Shown: piece after piece, positions 11,213-24,961 of the stretch
Layout of the letters: every line of letters starts with the position of its first letter
How positions within the stretch are numbered: the first letter of the stretch is position 1
NCBI GenBank assembly: GCA_017499595.2
Contig: CM039004.1
Span: 620,001 to 684,000, forward strand
DNA length: 64,000 nucleotides
Direction: 5' to 3'
Source: Psilocybe cubensis
Lineage: Eukaryota
Position numbers and translations under genes: made by a program
Notes under the pieces: model-generated
Seen by the model: only the letters and a program-made list of their open reading frames with translations
The model's database searches: none
What the model was told of the DNA's origin: nothing

Positions 11213-13264
11213 TCATCGAATGAAAATAGTCTTGACCTCTGTATATGCTTCGATAGCTAACAGAAAAGTGAAGCAAAAGATTATCATAATGAACGCTTTT
11301 GATATGATTGACATAAACTGACCATAATCACCTAGCTCACGTCCGACTCCAGACCCTTTCCATCCACCGTAAGCAAGGTTTGGGTGTGCCATGGCGACGG
11401 TATTAACTCCAACCTGTCCGCTTTCAAGACCTTTTACGAAGCGGACCGCCCTGGAGATGTCCTTGGTAAAAACACTAATATCGCAAGCATTCAGTTACAT
11501 TTGTGTATTTCTACTATTTAGTACAATTAGTACTCACTATGCAGCCAGCCCATATTCGCTATTATTTGCCCTACAAAATTCGTGATTAAAAGGATTTCAT
11601 TTAACTTCAAGATAGCATACCTCTTTAAAGCCTCCTCTTCTGTTATAAATTTATGAAGAACGCCAACTGGTCCGAAGATTTCCTCTTTGCTAATTGTAGC
11701 GTCTTCATCGACATTGACGAATATCGTGGGTTTCACATAATACCCCTATGTATGTGTAATGCATTGGTTAGTGAGTCGCTTTAACTCGTGAGAAAAACCA
11801 ACCTTTTCATCGCCAGGAACGCCACCAATTAGAACACTTCCCCCTTCCGTTTTTCCTGTTTCAATGTATTGAATAACGCGATTATGCTGTATAAATTTTA
11901 GTAACTTGATTATCTTCGAAAAATGATTGGACACAACCTGGATAGAATCCACCTGCGGCCCCGACCAGGACGTCGAGTCAGTTGGGTCACCGACTTTCAG
12001 CGTTTTAGCAGCAGCGATCAATTTCTCAGAGAAAGAGTCGAAAATAGTGTCTTGCACGTATATCCTGGTCGCAGCCGCGCACATTTGACCCGAGTTCTGG
12101 GTGAAGCCACCATGCACTCTGGATACCGCGTCCTCGAGATCGCAGTCATCGAAAACAATGACAGGACTTTTACCCCCAAGTTCGAGGGTGACTGTCTTGA
12201 GGTTGGATGTAGCAGCAGCACGGGCAACGGCTTTCCCTGTTGCTGTGGATCCTGTAAAGGATATTTTACGAATCCGCATGTGAGATACTATTAACTCTCC
12301 TGTCTCGCGCGCCCCGCTAAGTATGCTAAGAATTCCATCTGGGATGCTATCTAAATCATGAGAAAGGCACAGAGGCAAGCAGATGTGCAATCGTGCGTAC
12401 CCAGCGTCTTTAGCCAAAGCGGCAAACAAAAGTGCACTGAGGGGAGACTTCTCGCTCGTCTTGATGATGCTTGCGTTTCCGGTGGCGACTATCACACCAA
12501 TTTAGCTATTGAAGAGTCTCTTCCGGACACTGAGTCAACATACGTGCAGGAGCAACTTTCCACGCCAATGTAGCTAGAGGACCATTCCTAGTATATATCG
12601 ATGAGAACCACTGAATATATGCACAATTATCGACGAACTTACCATGGAATGATACCAGCCGTAACGCCATAAGGCTGCCTAATTTCCATTCCAAGAAACC
12701 CTGGAACATTGAGGCTGGTCTTGCCGTGGACTTTGTCACTGGAGGTATGCACGTAAGTCGCAATAAAATTCTACTTGCTCAACAAACTCACGCTATGCCG
12801 GCGAAATATCGGAAGAGATAAGCAACATAATGGACTTCGCCGCTGTAATATGACTATCAGAAATCGCAGATAGTTATCACTGCTGGCCGTGGCTCTGAAA
12901 AAGACTTACATCGATTGGACAACTGGTTTCCCCATCTCCATGGTTTGTACAGTCCCGAGACGGTCGGCGTGTTCGTCGACGAGGTCACCTAATTTATGCA
13001 ACACCTTTGCGCGTAGAGCGGGATCACCGTTCGCCCATGCAGGCCAGGCTTTCTCGGCTGCATCAACCGCTGCGTCGACCTCTTTTTCACCTGCAACGTG
13101 CACAGATGCTATTTCTTGCTTTGTAGCTGGATTAACTACGACGATTCGTTTGCCATTCCCTTCGGTAAACTGATATTCAAAGTAAGCGTCCACTGCACAG
13201 TGAGGTGAGATACGTGACGTACCTTTCCGCCGATAAAAAGTCTTTCTTCGAGTTCGATTGACAT
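11213..13264 (-). CDS. Aldehyde dehydrogenase (copy 2, tandem paralog)
   Basis: [29 protein letters not shown]; same MSIxLEERLFI start and KTIFIR* end as copy 1. Confidence 0.93.
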
Positions 13265-14057
13265 CACGGTAACTCCTGAATCATCTTCACGTACCCCAGA
13301 ACTGTATTTTTATACGCTTTCCCCTCCATACTCTCGGCCGCTTTTCAGTATCGAAGGATGCATAATTGCTCTGAACATAAACAGTGGGTTAGTCAGCACC
13401 CGATGAAAGAACTTGGCCGGCATGTTGACGTTGCAGGAAGGCAATGCACACCTCATTCCATGCCGCTGTCTCTAGCAACGTTTGGCCAATCATAACGAGC
13501 TACGGATCGTTTGTCTCCGTATTCTTTGTCACTAAATTATCCACGAATTATGACTAAGAAAGATACACGTTCAAAAATGAGTTGCACTAAACCAAATTTT
13601 AACAAGAGCGGCATACCTTTGATGTAAACTGTGTTATCTGCTTATGAGGATTTGGTAGCAAACATTTTAACGCAGAGCCTTTATCAAAGGTCATTTTTAG
13701 CTTGAGCTCCTAGGTCCTAATCCATTGAAATTGTGATGATGTTTAGTGGCTTGTGAAAAGCACAGTTTCAATAGGCAAGCTCAACATCTCAAAGTCAATA
13801 GGTGTGGACACAAAAGAGAGTGATTGAGGTAACATGAAGAAGAAAAAGAGAAGAGAGGCAAAATCATTTGTTTGGCTCCAGTTTGGCCCTGATGGGAGTT
13901 TTTTTATGCAAAGTTCATACTTAGCCTTATTTCAGAATAACTTATTGGACTTTCACACAATTTTCAAGACAATAATATGGTTTTATTATGATATATACAT
14001 ACAAATAAATGGGGTACTATTTAAACTATCTAAGGTGATAAAGAGGCGAACACATGA

Positions 14058-17000
14058 TTAAAAAAGAAATAAAGAAACCAAAAAAATAAAAATAAAAACT
14101 AAAAAAAGAAAGTAAAAAAAGAAAATTACAAGCACGGGCTTGCATGTAGACTGTGGGTGAATATTTACCTTGCCCTTGTGCTCTTGTGCGCCTGGTGCCT
14201 TGCGCGCCGCCCCGTCGTTGTGACCGTACGGCTGCGCGGTGCCTGCGGCCTCTGGATAACCACCGGAGTGGTCTGGCGTGCTGGTTCCCAATACGCGGGC
14301 TTGGGCGTGGCATTCTCCGAGTCCGTTGATGCGGCGTTCGCCGTGAGAAAAGAGTTTGGAGGGCTAGAAAGCGGATGTTAGAAAGGATCAACAATAAAGT
14401 TAAAACAAAACTCACTTTAACCTCCATGGCTCCACTCTCTACTGCCGGGCCATTACTATGGCACCCCGCCAACATCTAATAGAATATTATTAGAACTTGA
14501 TTAAGCATGTAAAAGAGGAAAAAGACTTACTTTCATGGTGTCTTCTCCACCCGACCATGGCCCCATTGCCAAATTCAGTCTGCAGTCAAAAGAGACGCTC
14601 GTGTTCAAAACGAGCGCCTCTCTGACTGAGGCTGAACTTGCCTCGGGCACGAGGCACGGCATGGACACCGTGAAGCATAGAGCCTCACGATAGTCCATGC
14701 GCTGAAAAAAAATAAGCAAAATGAGTCAGATAACGAAATAGACTATTTCAAGATGCTTACCTCGGCAACTTCCTCGTAGCTTCCTATAGAAGCAGATGCC
14801 CCAAAGGGGCTATCTGCGTCTTCCTAATTATAGAAAAAAATGAGTTGAGTGAATGCTAGAGAAAAGCCAAGCACATACCTCCACCAGTCTGCAAGTGGTG
14901 CTAGATGGTGTTTTATAGACCTAAAAAACAAATGGTTAGAAACAGAAGTAACCAAAGATGAGAACAAACTTACCATTGTTTGGCCTATATCCTCACCATA
15001 TATGCCACCCAAGAGGGCGGCATGGATGAAGTCAACCTAAAAAGAATGTAAGCATTGTAATAAATGTGAGTGAAAAAGAATAAAAACTCGCCTCGATTTG
15101 GCTTTGACCGACTTGAAGCGGCGAGAAGCTCGCTTCAACGTCGGTAGCCCAATCCTGTAATGAGAAAATGATAAGTTGAAGTAAGTTAGGCACACGAAAA
15201 AAAAACGTACGATCATCTTGAAGACTTTCTGTCTTCTGGTCCGTCCCTCGCACTCGTCGGCTCCCGAGACAAAAACCTGTGGTGCAAAATAAACGATGGT
15301 TAGCAAGAAAAACAAAAAAAGAGTGATATAATAATCGTGCCTTGTTGGCCGTTTCGGTGGCGGGGACCGCGATGGGATGTTCCTCGTCCCCATTGCGGTC
15401 CTTATCGACCGAAGGAGACGAGTGACCCTGTAAATAAGGTTAAGAACTGACTGCAACACGATAAAGATGTATGCGTACCTCGAAGTGAACGACCTCCTAG
15501 TCATTGGCGTCAAAAAATCAGAATGTGGGCAGGAAAGAAAAGATTGTGAAGAGATGCTTACAGATACATTTAATCTGGATACTTCCTGGGCATTCCATTC
15601 GTCTTCGTCAATCTCGTCGATGGTTTCGAGTATTGAGGAAGGTAGTAAAGATGACTTGAAAGCTGATGTCGAGGAGCTGGCGTGGTTGACTATGGCAGCG
15701 GGGTTATCGTGGGTCTCGTTGTTGACAGAGGTAGATGAAAAGACGTTGTAATCGATGGCGGGGAAGCTATCGGTATCGTAAATGGCGGTGTCGCTACTTA
15801 GGTTGGCGTCGTCGGTGCTGGCGATGATGATGGTAGCGGTGACTGTGATGTTGGTGGCATTGGGGGTGCTAATCGCATCGTTGTTGCTGCTGGCTGAGGA
15901 GTAATCGTTGGTCGGGGAATCGATGTTGTCGGAGGAGGTAGTGAAGGCGGAGATTGAAGGGTAGACGTGACTCTGAGCGTCAAATTGGAAGGTCGGCTCA
16001 TTTGCATCATGGCGGGTAACTTGGGTGGGTTGTGATCGGCTAGCGAGCTGGGTTCTGGACAAATTATCGACAGTACGCGCAGTTCGCCGGCTGGATACAC
16101 AAGGAAGAACCCTGATGCCAGTGCCTCCATCTCTCCTGGTCAATCCTTCTGAACCATACTCATCCACCTGGACCACATCCGTAGCAGCAAGATCGATGTC
16201 GATGGACTCCATGCTAACATTCTCTAAGCCCCCAACCCATGCCATATCATCGCCCTCGCACTCAGCTTCCAAATTGTTGATGGCTGCTGTGATAGCGGCC
16301 ATAAACCTCGCACATTCGATCCCAATCTCGGCTTCCGTCTTAACCCTCCTTCCATCCTGAGATTGAACCACTTCGCCAACATCCAGTGAAGCGGATAGAT
16401 CTTCAACATATCTGGCCGTCACCCTATCCTCGAAAGCGAACCTGTCCTCCTCACCCTCGTCGTCTGCCCCTTCCTTCTCAAACTCGATGTCATCGATATC
16501 TCGGACTCCACACACATCCTCGTGCCCATCTTCCAAAGAGTCGAAGCAGCCCATATCCTCCACTACAGCCGCATTCTCCGTCCCAACTTCGGGCTGAACG
16601 TCAATATCACAAGCATCCGGACCAAAAGGGTGGGGCGTACCATGGTCAGAATGGCTCAGAGACGTAGATGTCAAGGACAGCACGACGCTGTTGTCTTCAA
16701 GGTCCACTCCATAACGACGACTGTCGTTGATATCGCTGAAGAAGGATGCTTCTGTACTGGGCGTGGCGGGCAAAGGAGAGACAACGAAGAGGACACCAGA
16801 GCGACGCCAATCTCGGTATGGAGCGATAGCTAGGGCATCAGGGGAGGCATGAGAAATAGGAGAAGGCTTTGGCGAGACCATCTTTTCCTCCTCGACGTCG
16901 TCCGCAGAAATCGCGTAGACGTGAGTGAAGGCGAAGAAAGCTGAGATACCCATGACACCGAAGAACGAAGACCGTACCGCGCCCTCAAAGAGAATAAATC

Positions 17001-17613
17001 CAAGACGCGATTCTTCTCTCATCCTCTCAGCCCTTAACTTGCATGGGATGTACACTTCGACAGCTTTGGCCTTGGAGTACTCCCCCGCGCGAGCAGGAAG
17101 AGCCTTGACATACTCCATGGAGTCCTCGACATAATGCTCGCCAAAGACCTTTCGCATCCCGGTGTCGGCGATATGGACACCAGCATGAAGGACAACTGAA
17201 GAAGATGACGCGTCCTCAAGCTTGCCGTCTAAAGCCTTTACAGCAGCGACAACAAGAGTGTGGGCCCTCCCAATGAGGAAGTCACACGCGCTGTCGAAGG
17301 TCTTCTGTGCGCGAGTGCTGATGACGGGGAGTGTGCGGGAAATAGCACCACGTACGCCATAATTGCGTAACAGGATAGCACAAGCTATATGCTCAACGGT
17401 AGCACACAGTACGGCAGTCTCAAGGCGACCATGGCGCTCGACGAGGTCGGGAATTGAGGTCCGCTGTTCGGCGGGGATGAAGACAGAGGCACCACGACCA
17501 AAAGCACGAGCGTCGTCCAAGCGTTCCGAAAGGAGGTCGAGGGCGGGTTTCGCGATGGAGAACCGATTGAGGAAGGTCTCCTTGACGTAGTCGATAGGTA
17601 TTTTGATGGTCAT
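14058..17613 (-). CDS. Large orphan protein (~950 aa or more), acidic/Ser-Thr-rich, at least 11 exons; 3' end uncertain
   Basis: 684-codon first exon (17613-15562), then ten exons joined in frame through 51-65 nt introns. No domain recognised. Confidence 0.65.
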
Positions 17614-17787
17614 ATTTGAATAGAAACGATATAAGAAAAAAAAAGACTATTTGGCGGTTTGAGAGCTTTTTGAAGCTGGTTGTTGTTGCTGAGATACACT
17701 TGATGGTAGAAGTCTTGGTGAGAGAGCTACAGGTAGGTATACAAGAATTTATACGCTGGCGGTTCAGGCAGGCGTCACCGGGCTCCA

Positions 17788-18417
17788 TTAAATTTCTAAA
17801 TCGAGGTGGTGGAAAGTAATCCAGCCATAAACGGAGTTTGAGATTCCATATTTGACCCGTGGACATGATCGAAAATCTAAAATTGTCAAAACATATCACA
17901 ACATATGAAAGCAGTTCAAAAACATACGCCACAACCTTTTCGGTTCATACAAAGAAGGTGAGATAATGAATACCGAAAAATTGTGTCCAAATCTCTGAAC
18001 TGGCGAGGGAAAATATGCTGCAGAAACGGTGCCTTCGGTAGACTCCAACAAAATCTCTTCGATCGTCTGGTGATAGATCGTGACCCGTTGAGCCGACATA
18101 CATATCGATCAAGCGTAGAATCCATAGGGGTCGAACACGATAAGGGGTGAAGCAAGCAAGCCCTTGGCCAGTCGAAATTCAGACCAAACGGGTTGAAAGC
18201 AATGCAACTGTAAAGGTATATGAAATTAGATTATATTCGCACCTATTGGCATCAATGCAACAAAAGATGGCGTGTATATATGTCGATTCTCTTTAGCATA
18301 TATCCAGCTTCATTCACAGAGTCAAAATCTTCGGAAGACCTATAGCCAACCATCCAGAGACTATATCACAGATCGAGTTAGAGTCGGCAGGCAGTGATCT
18401 GCTCGAGGAATAAATAT
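17788..18417 (-). pseudogene. Decayed gene fragment of unknown family
   Basis: One protein-like frame across apparent introns (YLFLEQITACRL*LDL*YSLWMVGYRSSEDFDSVNEAGYMLKRIDIYTRH...YGFYA*SICMSAQRVTIYHQTIEEILL). It has five stops (TAA, TGA x3, TAG), each explainable by a C->T change. Confidence 0.4.
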
Positions 18418-19271
18418 CTGAAGCGTGAATATTGACAGAGTTAGCAAAACAGCCTTTTGAGTATGCATATATACACACAATGGTTTGTTTAACACCATCC
18501 GCATCATCATTTTGGATCCATTAATCAGTCCTACTAGTCATTCTGCTCCTTCTCGTCGTTATAAGGTTCCGCTGGCACAGAACACCGGGCATTCAAGATT
18601 GCACAGGGCTGGCAGTTACATCGATATATAGGTGAGGTTGGGCCACTGAGAAGTGAATGGTTAATGCGCGAGGGGATAGACAAAAAGTCATCGTAGAATA
18701 TTCTGAATGTTCATGGCGTAGCCTACGGGCAGTACATTAACTGAGCGGTCATACAAGCAATTAATTATTGTGAAAACCTACACTTATCTAGTTCAAGAAG
18801 TTCACCATACTCAGTGAGCTTTCCATGGTTAAAGAGAAGAATATCATAGATCAGCAAGGTGAGTTGGGAGGATAATAGTGTTCGGAGGAGTCAGGGAGAG
18901 ACGCGCGAAAACAAACTAAACAGTTTTGAACTCCGACAGGGGTATGCACTCATGACCAAACGTTCACCAACCTCAACGCACCTCACCACTACAATGAGAC
19001 AGATACTCTGTTCAAGACGCTGTAAAGGACCATTCGCAGGCCAATTGATGAAGCTAGTTTGTCATTATCTCAGGATCAGTGCCATGTCGCAATCTATGCG
19101 ATCCATGTATAGCACAAATTTCCTACCAACCAAGCAGCTATCGAGCACATGATGTTTTTATTGGACTGTCGCCATCGGATAGGGTGCGCTATCTCCATCG
19201 TGCCGGAGACTGTATAAGACTCACACAGCTATCTCTTTCTGCAGATCTTTTTCCCAACAATCGCTCTCAGT

Positions 19272-20765
19272 ATGGCTACATTGGACGTCGAAAAAGCGCG
19301 ATCTCATTTCCCAATTCTCTCGTCTGGCTTCATCTTTGCCGACAATGCAGGAGGATCTCAGGCAGCAAAGGAAGTCGTTGACATGATTAGCGATTACCTC
19401 CTAAACACAAATGTCCAACTCGGAGCTGATTACTCGTTTGGCGTGAAAAGCACTACGCGTGTCTTGGTAGATGGGCCACGCGAGGCCGCGAAACTTTTTA
19501 ACGCTCGATACCCGGATGAAGTCGTATTTGGCAGCAGCTCTACTCTGAATCTGGAGAACCTTGCACGGGGTTTGGAAAAGGACATTCATCCTGGAGATGA
19601 ATTCATTATCACAGGGGAGCATGAAGGTAAGGCATGACTCACATCTGCGTATATTCGTCATCTACAGGCTGACGCTTCCTCCGCCAGCGAATGTTGGTCC
19701 CTGGAAAAAATTGGCCATACGCAAGGATGCTGTCATCAAACACTGGCGCCCAACCCCAACCATCCCCGATAACCCCTATTCCGTCAAACTCAAGATCGAG
19801 GAGCTCCTTCCTCTCATCACTTCCAAGACACGTATTGTTGCCATCACTGCTTGTTCAAACGTTCTTGGATCTATAGTGCCCGTGAAAGAAGTCGTCAAAG
19901 CCATCCGGGAAGAAGCCAAACGGAAAGGCTCAGAGAAAGTGGAGATATCTGTCGACTGTGTCGCTTATGCGCCCCATCGATTGATCGACGTGCAGGATTG
20001 GGACGTGGACTTCTGTACATTCTCCTTCTACAAGGTGAGATAGTCGACACCTGCAACTCTTGGACAGCAGCACTTCGTCGATGAGAACTAGGTTTAATGA
20101 TCATCCTGTTTCTAATTTTAGGTATACGGACCTCACATCTCCGGCATGTATGTACGCGCTTCTGTGCTTGAACACTCTATATCATCAATCGTGCACCACT
20201 TCATCAAGGCAGACAAGGTGGCATACAAGCTTCAGCCAGGAGGTCCAGGATATGAAATTGTATACGGAGCTACGGGCGTCATTCCGTACCTGCTTTCCTT
20301 GACGCCCCACAACGACCTCAAAGAATCGTTCAAGGCAATTGCAGCCCATGAGCAAACCTTGATCGAACCTCTACTCTCGTTCCTCACGGACCCAGTTCAA
20401 CGGGAACGCGGTGTTCGCGTAGTTGGTGAGGAGACCGTTAACCTGGACAGGGTACCTACCATCAGTTTCGTCGTGGTCGGTCAGAGGCCCATTAAGAGCA
20501 AAACAATTGTTGGAGTATTTGATAAGAAGGGTGGAGTGAGTGGTTTTTGTTTGATTCTTTATTCGTTTGATAAATCTGACATGATCATATGATGGTGCAG
20601 ATTGGCATTCGATATGGCCATTTTTATGCGCACACCCTAATTGATGAATTATCACCCAAACTGGATACAAACGATGGAGTTGTTCGGATCTCTCTCGTTC
20701 ATTACAACACCGTAGAGGAGGTTCACAAGATTATTGCTGTCCTGAAAGAGATCTTTGAGGCTTGA
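19272..20765 (+). CDS. PLP-dependent aminotransferase class V / cysteine-desulfurase-like enzyme (VC1184/UstD-like subfamily)
   Basis: FADNAGGSQ, VDCVAYAPH, FSFYKVYGPH (PLP lysine), IRYGHFYA, VRISLVHYNT. Confidence 0.85.
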
Positions 20766-21082
20766 AGCCTTGAGGCTAGAGGCTCGCGGTATCGTCTTGA
20801 TTCTTGATGTCTATTCCGTAAAGTAACGTCAGAACGCCCTGACGAAAGCCCAAAGTGTATTGAACGAAGTAAATTGTTTTACAAACAGAATATGTAAATG
20901 TGCAATATCGAAGGTGTTCGTGAGATGGGTTGTATGTACAATCGTCCAAAAATGCAAGAATGGCGAAGATAGAAGTGGGTCAAATGATACAACGAATTAA
21001 GGGTACATTGACATGTTAAGGGTCCATTAGTGTCATTTCGTTAAAGTCCGTTCAAAGTCCAATGGAGCTTTATGCTCCTAAA

Positions 21083-21661
21083 TCAAAACTGGACACCGGA
21101 GCCCTTAATCTTGAAGGTAGGCGAGAAGTTTCCAGAATCGCCGAATACTATGCCAATTCATTCGTGTAAGCGAGGGCTTCTTGGAAGCGATATCACAAGG
21201 ATTACTTACAGACGAGCTGATAATCTCCTTCAACTACAAGAGGGACGGTGACCTGAATCTTGCCCTGGAGAATGTCGAAGTTCTGAGCAAGGATCACTGA
21301 GAAATGGGGTTTAGTGCTAGTTTGCGGGGGAGATTAGAAACAGACTAACAAGGTGTTGTGAGGTCATCTCTGCGAAGCATGATGCGGCCAATCTTGTTGG
21401 TGATGTTGACTGGGCGGTCAGAGATATCCCTAAAGATCGAAAGATGAGATTCGAAAATGGGACTTTTCAAGGTATTGACTCTACTCACCAGGTAACAAGG
21501 CGGCGCTGGCCTGAAGTCCAAACAGCACCTGCATGAGGTTCCACAATGGGAGGAACGAAAACGTCGCGTTGCTCGAGAGTGTTAGCTGGCAATGCAGAGA
21601 CGCCAGAAGTGAAGGCGACGAGGAGAAGAGAGGCGGCGGTCGTGAGGCTCGTGAATTTCAT
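21083..21661 (-). CDS. Small secreted Kre9/Knh1-N-like (Ig-like) protein, paralog A
   Basis: MKFTSLTTAASLLLVAF...RDVFVPPIVEPHAGAVWTSGQRRLVTW...LFGDSGNFSPTFKIKGSGVQF*; 4 exons. Confidence 0.8.
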
Positions 21662-23377
21662 TGTGAGGAAGGGAATTAAGATATTAGATGGGTCGTAAAC
21701 GATAAGAGTAGTGAAGATTAGAGCTCGTAAAGCTTGAAGCTTTTGAAGATGGGAAACACAGAGAGGACGATCGCCCCTATATATACGAAATATACGTCAA
21801 CCTATACATAGGCGCAGTCGGCGTCCTTCCTCCGTTAAGATCTGTGCAATGGGCCCCGGTCTCGGCGAATCGGGCTCCTCGACGTGCAACAAATTCTAAG
21901 AAAAGACAGCCTCGTCGCTTGTTAAGCCGTAAGCTATCGGGTGAAACGTTCTCCGTATTACTTTCATAACCTGCAAAAGGTAGACCCCGCCGTCGAGAGC
22001 ATCAAGAAGGCCATAAGCATCGGTTCCTTGTGGATCATTTGTCTGCGTCAATCTAAAAAGTGCAGTAAAGGGCGAAACTTCCAGAACGATCCGCGTGGAA
22101 GCTGCGAATCTGCTCGAAATTCAAAGATAAAAGGCGGTAAGTGTCAGTAAAAGATCTGGCTTCTTACTCATGAAAGCTTTGAAACTTGTTAGATCGATCA
22201 GAGAATGTACAACCTTTGCGCTAGGCTAGCAGATTTGTGGGCAACACGGTGCTGACGCAGATTCAAAATGCAGTGGCTGAGGAGAGAAAGCTGAGTTTGG
22301 CCGAGATCCGAGAAGACAGGCGTCAATAAGAAGATCCGCAGAATTGGCAGTGAATGGCTGTGACGGCAAGATTTGGCCGTCATGAAGCGCAGAGAAGACA
22401 GAGCTGGGCTCTTCACGGTGCTGGTATAGGCGCGTAGCCCTCCGATGGCGCAACATTGCTCAGTCTAGCCAGAGACTTTCACCGACGTCTGAGTAATCCG
22501 GGTTTGAACTTTCCTACTGCCATACGAACCACGGTGTGAATATTCCGCTGAAACAGCGATGGATTCCGAGTAGCTTACGGACGACTGTACAGTATCGACT
22601 TTGGAAAATTCTGGATAAACTCGACAAGAAATTTGTGATAATGAGGCGAGGCAGAGCTAGGGGAGGCGCACGCAAGCTTGTGAAGTTCCCGACTTGCCCG
22701 ACTAGGAGCCGCCGGCGGATGCCGTCATCCATCTTTGGACAATTATAGGGGGGATGGGGTTGATTTGACAATTGAATAAGGAATAGAGGTGTGATAAATC
22801 TCTGTAGACATATAGGCGTCATTGGTAAATGCATGGTGACATCTTCAAGATTTCAGGTAGTCAATCCCAGCCTCATATTGGCTTCAAGACCAAAACCACT
22901 ATGTTATTCAAATTTGTCGTCTTTTTCGCAACGTGTTGGAAGTCTGGGGTAATATGATGACCTCAAGATACAGAAAAAAAGTCCCAATATGTATTAATTT
23001 ATCTGTCTATAGGCGATCCTGTACTGTGACGCTCATACCCCATGACTGAAAAATTGATATATACACACCAAACAGGCGCCCAAATCTGCTTGGCAACTGA
23101 GAGGACAGCTCAACAGCTACCATATATGATATCAGACCCGCAGGAATATCATACTGTGAATTCTTAAGAGTAAGAAAAGGAAATATATATTTTTTTTGGA
23201 AAAATTCTTTTCAATCTAAGAGGGTTCAACAAGAAACACGCGAATAGGATAGACGTCAGAATATCATTCACTGAGGCAAACTACAGGATGCCTAACTATA
23301 GAACCCGATTCACTATCAACACCGTAGACGAGGTCAAACTATTATCAAAGTCTGAAGATTTGAAGCAAGCACCCAAG

Positions 23378-23973
23378 TTAAAATTGAACACCGGAGCCAG
23401 TGATCGTGAACTTGGGGGAGAAATTTCCAGAGTCTCCAAACACTTTATTGCAAGAGTCAGCACTCAGCCAATAAACACTACTTCAGAAATAAATTTGGAA
23501 TATCAATGCTCACGGAGAAGTTCATAGTCGCTTCCTTCAACCACCAATGGCACAGTAACTTCAATTTGTCCATCCAGGATATTGAAATTCTCAGCAAGGA
23601 TCACTTCAAAAGTTCAAATTACAAATCAGCACAGTAACTTTAATAATAGCCAATTCTCTGAACGTACAAGGTGTAGTCAAGTCGTCTTTGCGGAGCTTCA
23701 CAAGTCCAACTTTGTTCGTGATGGTGGCAGGAGCATTGGAAACATCCCTGTGATGGAGAACACATCAACATCGTACAAGTTCTAGCCGTCTACCCGCAGA
23801 AAATCAACAACCACATACCAAGTGACAAGTTGCTGCTGGCCAGAGGTCCATATCTCCCCTGCTACAGGTTTGGTGATGGGAGGAACGAAGACGTCCAAAG
23901 CGGCTCCAGAGACGCTGGATACCAAACCGAGAACGAGCACAGAGGCAAAGGTAGAGAACTTGGTAAACTTCAT
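23378..23973 (-). CDS. Small secreted Kre9/Knh1-N-like (Ig-like) protein, paralog B
   Basis: MKFTKFSTFASVLVLGL...DVFVPPITKPVAGEIWTSGQQQLVTW...LFGDSGNFSPKFTITGSGVQF*; same intron positions as paralog A. Confidence 0.8.
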
Positions 23974-24961
23974 TGTTAGTGTCTGAATGTGCATGCTGAA
24001 AGGTTGCTAAATGGCTTAGAGAGGCTTAGAGAGCTTGATAGACTGTTCGTTGGCGTTGATGACAACGACTGTTCTAAGCTAGCTTTCTTAAATACCTTTT
24101 GACTTTGAGGGATTGGATTCGTTCGTCAACAATGTTAGTCAGAATGGGTGGTCATTAACCGTTGTATGGCGCCAGGCAGAGACATTGTGCTGAATAGACG
24201 GGCTCTTGAGTCCGAAAAATGAAAAGCGGGAGTGAGAAAGTGACAGGAAATAATCAAAAAGTCTAGGAAAAGTGATACAGATCGGCACAAAGTTACTTTC
24301 ATGGATGTCATCGGTTGAGCCTCCTAAGCTCCAGGTGTCGCATGTAGCGATTTTTGAGCTGAATAGTAGCACACTATAACCTATTGGTGTGACGCAATAG
24401 TGCCGCTGATGAAATGAATGGTGTCTCTTGGATAAGCAAAATGAATGCCTAACACCTTACCAATGCACGACAACGAAGATGCTGAAAGGGGCGGGAACCC
24501 TTTAGACAAAAGGATAGAATAAGCGGATACGCCTCAACCGATACTGAAAGCGATGAGGAAAAGACTTCTCATGTCCACGACGCACCGCCGGAGAAATGAA
24601 CAGATAAGTATGTCGCGGCTAAGAAAAGGCGAACAGTTTTGCTCCCCGGCATTGCGCAGTGATTGAAGTGAATGTGTACAACCTAGTTCAAAAATACGGA
24701 GTGTCAAGTATATGTTCTTCTCGTCGGCAAGATTGATCCACATTTATCCAGCATTCTTTCAACAACCACCGATAGTTGGCCAGAGCCTGGAAAACAACTT
24801 ATGGCCAGGTTTTATGAAGACATAAAAAGAGGCTCCATCCCCGAGATGCTTCACATTTGTTGTTCGTACAGAAAATCCCCAAAATGAATCAAGAGGTTGA
24901 ATATCCAACATTTCGCGGCCGCCGATGGTCAAGCAGGAAAAAAAGGTATCATGAATATTCT

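Noticed and set aside
15037-15561. Hydrophobic C-terminus of the 858-aa ORF suggesting TM helices
   Set aside because: Translation of T-rich introns that have clear donor, branch and acceptor signals
13565-18520. Possible terminal inverted repeats (CACGTTCAAAAATGAG versus TCATTTTGGATCC)
   Set aside because: Match too weak and no TSD
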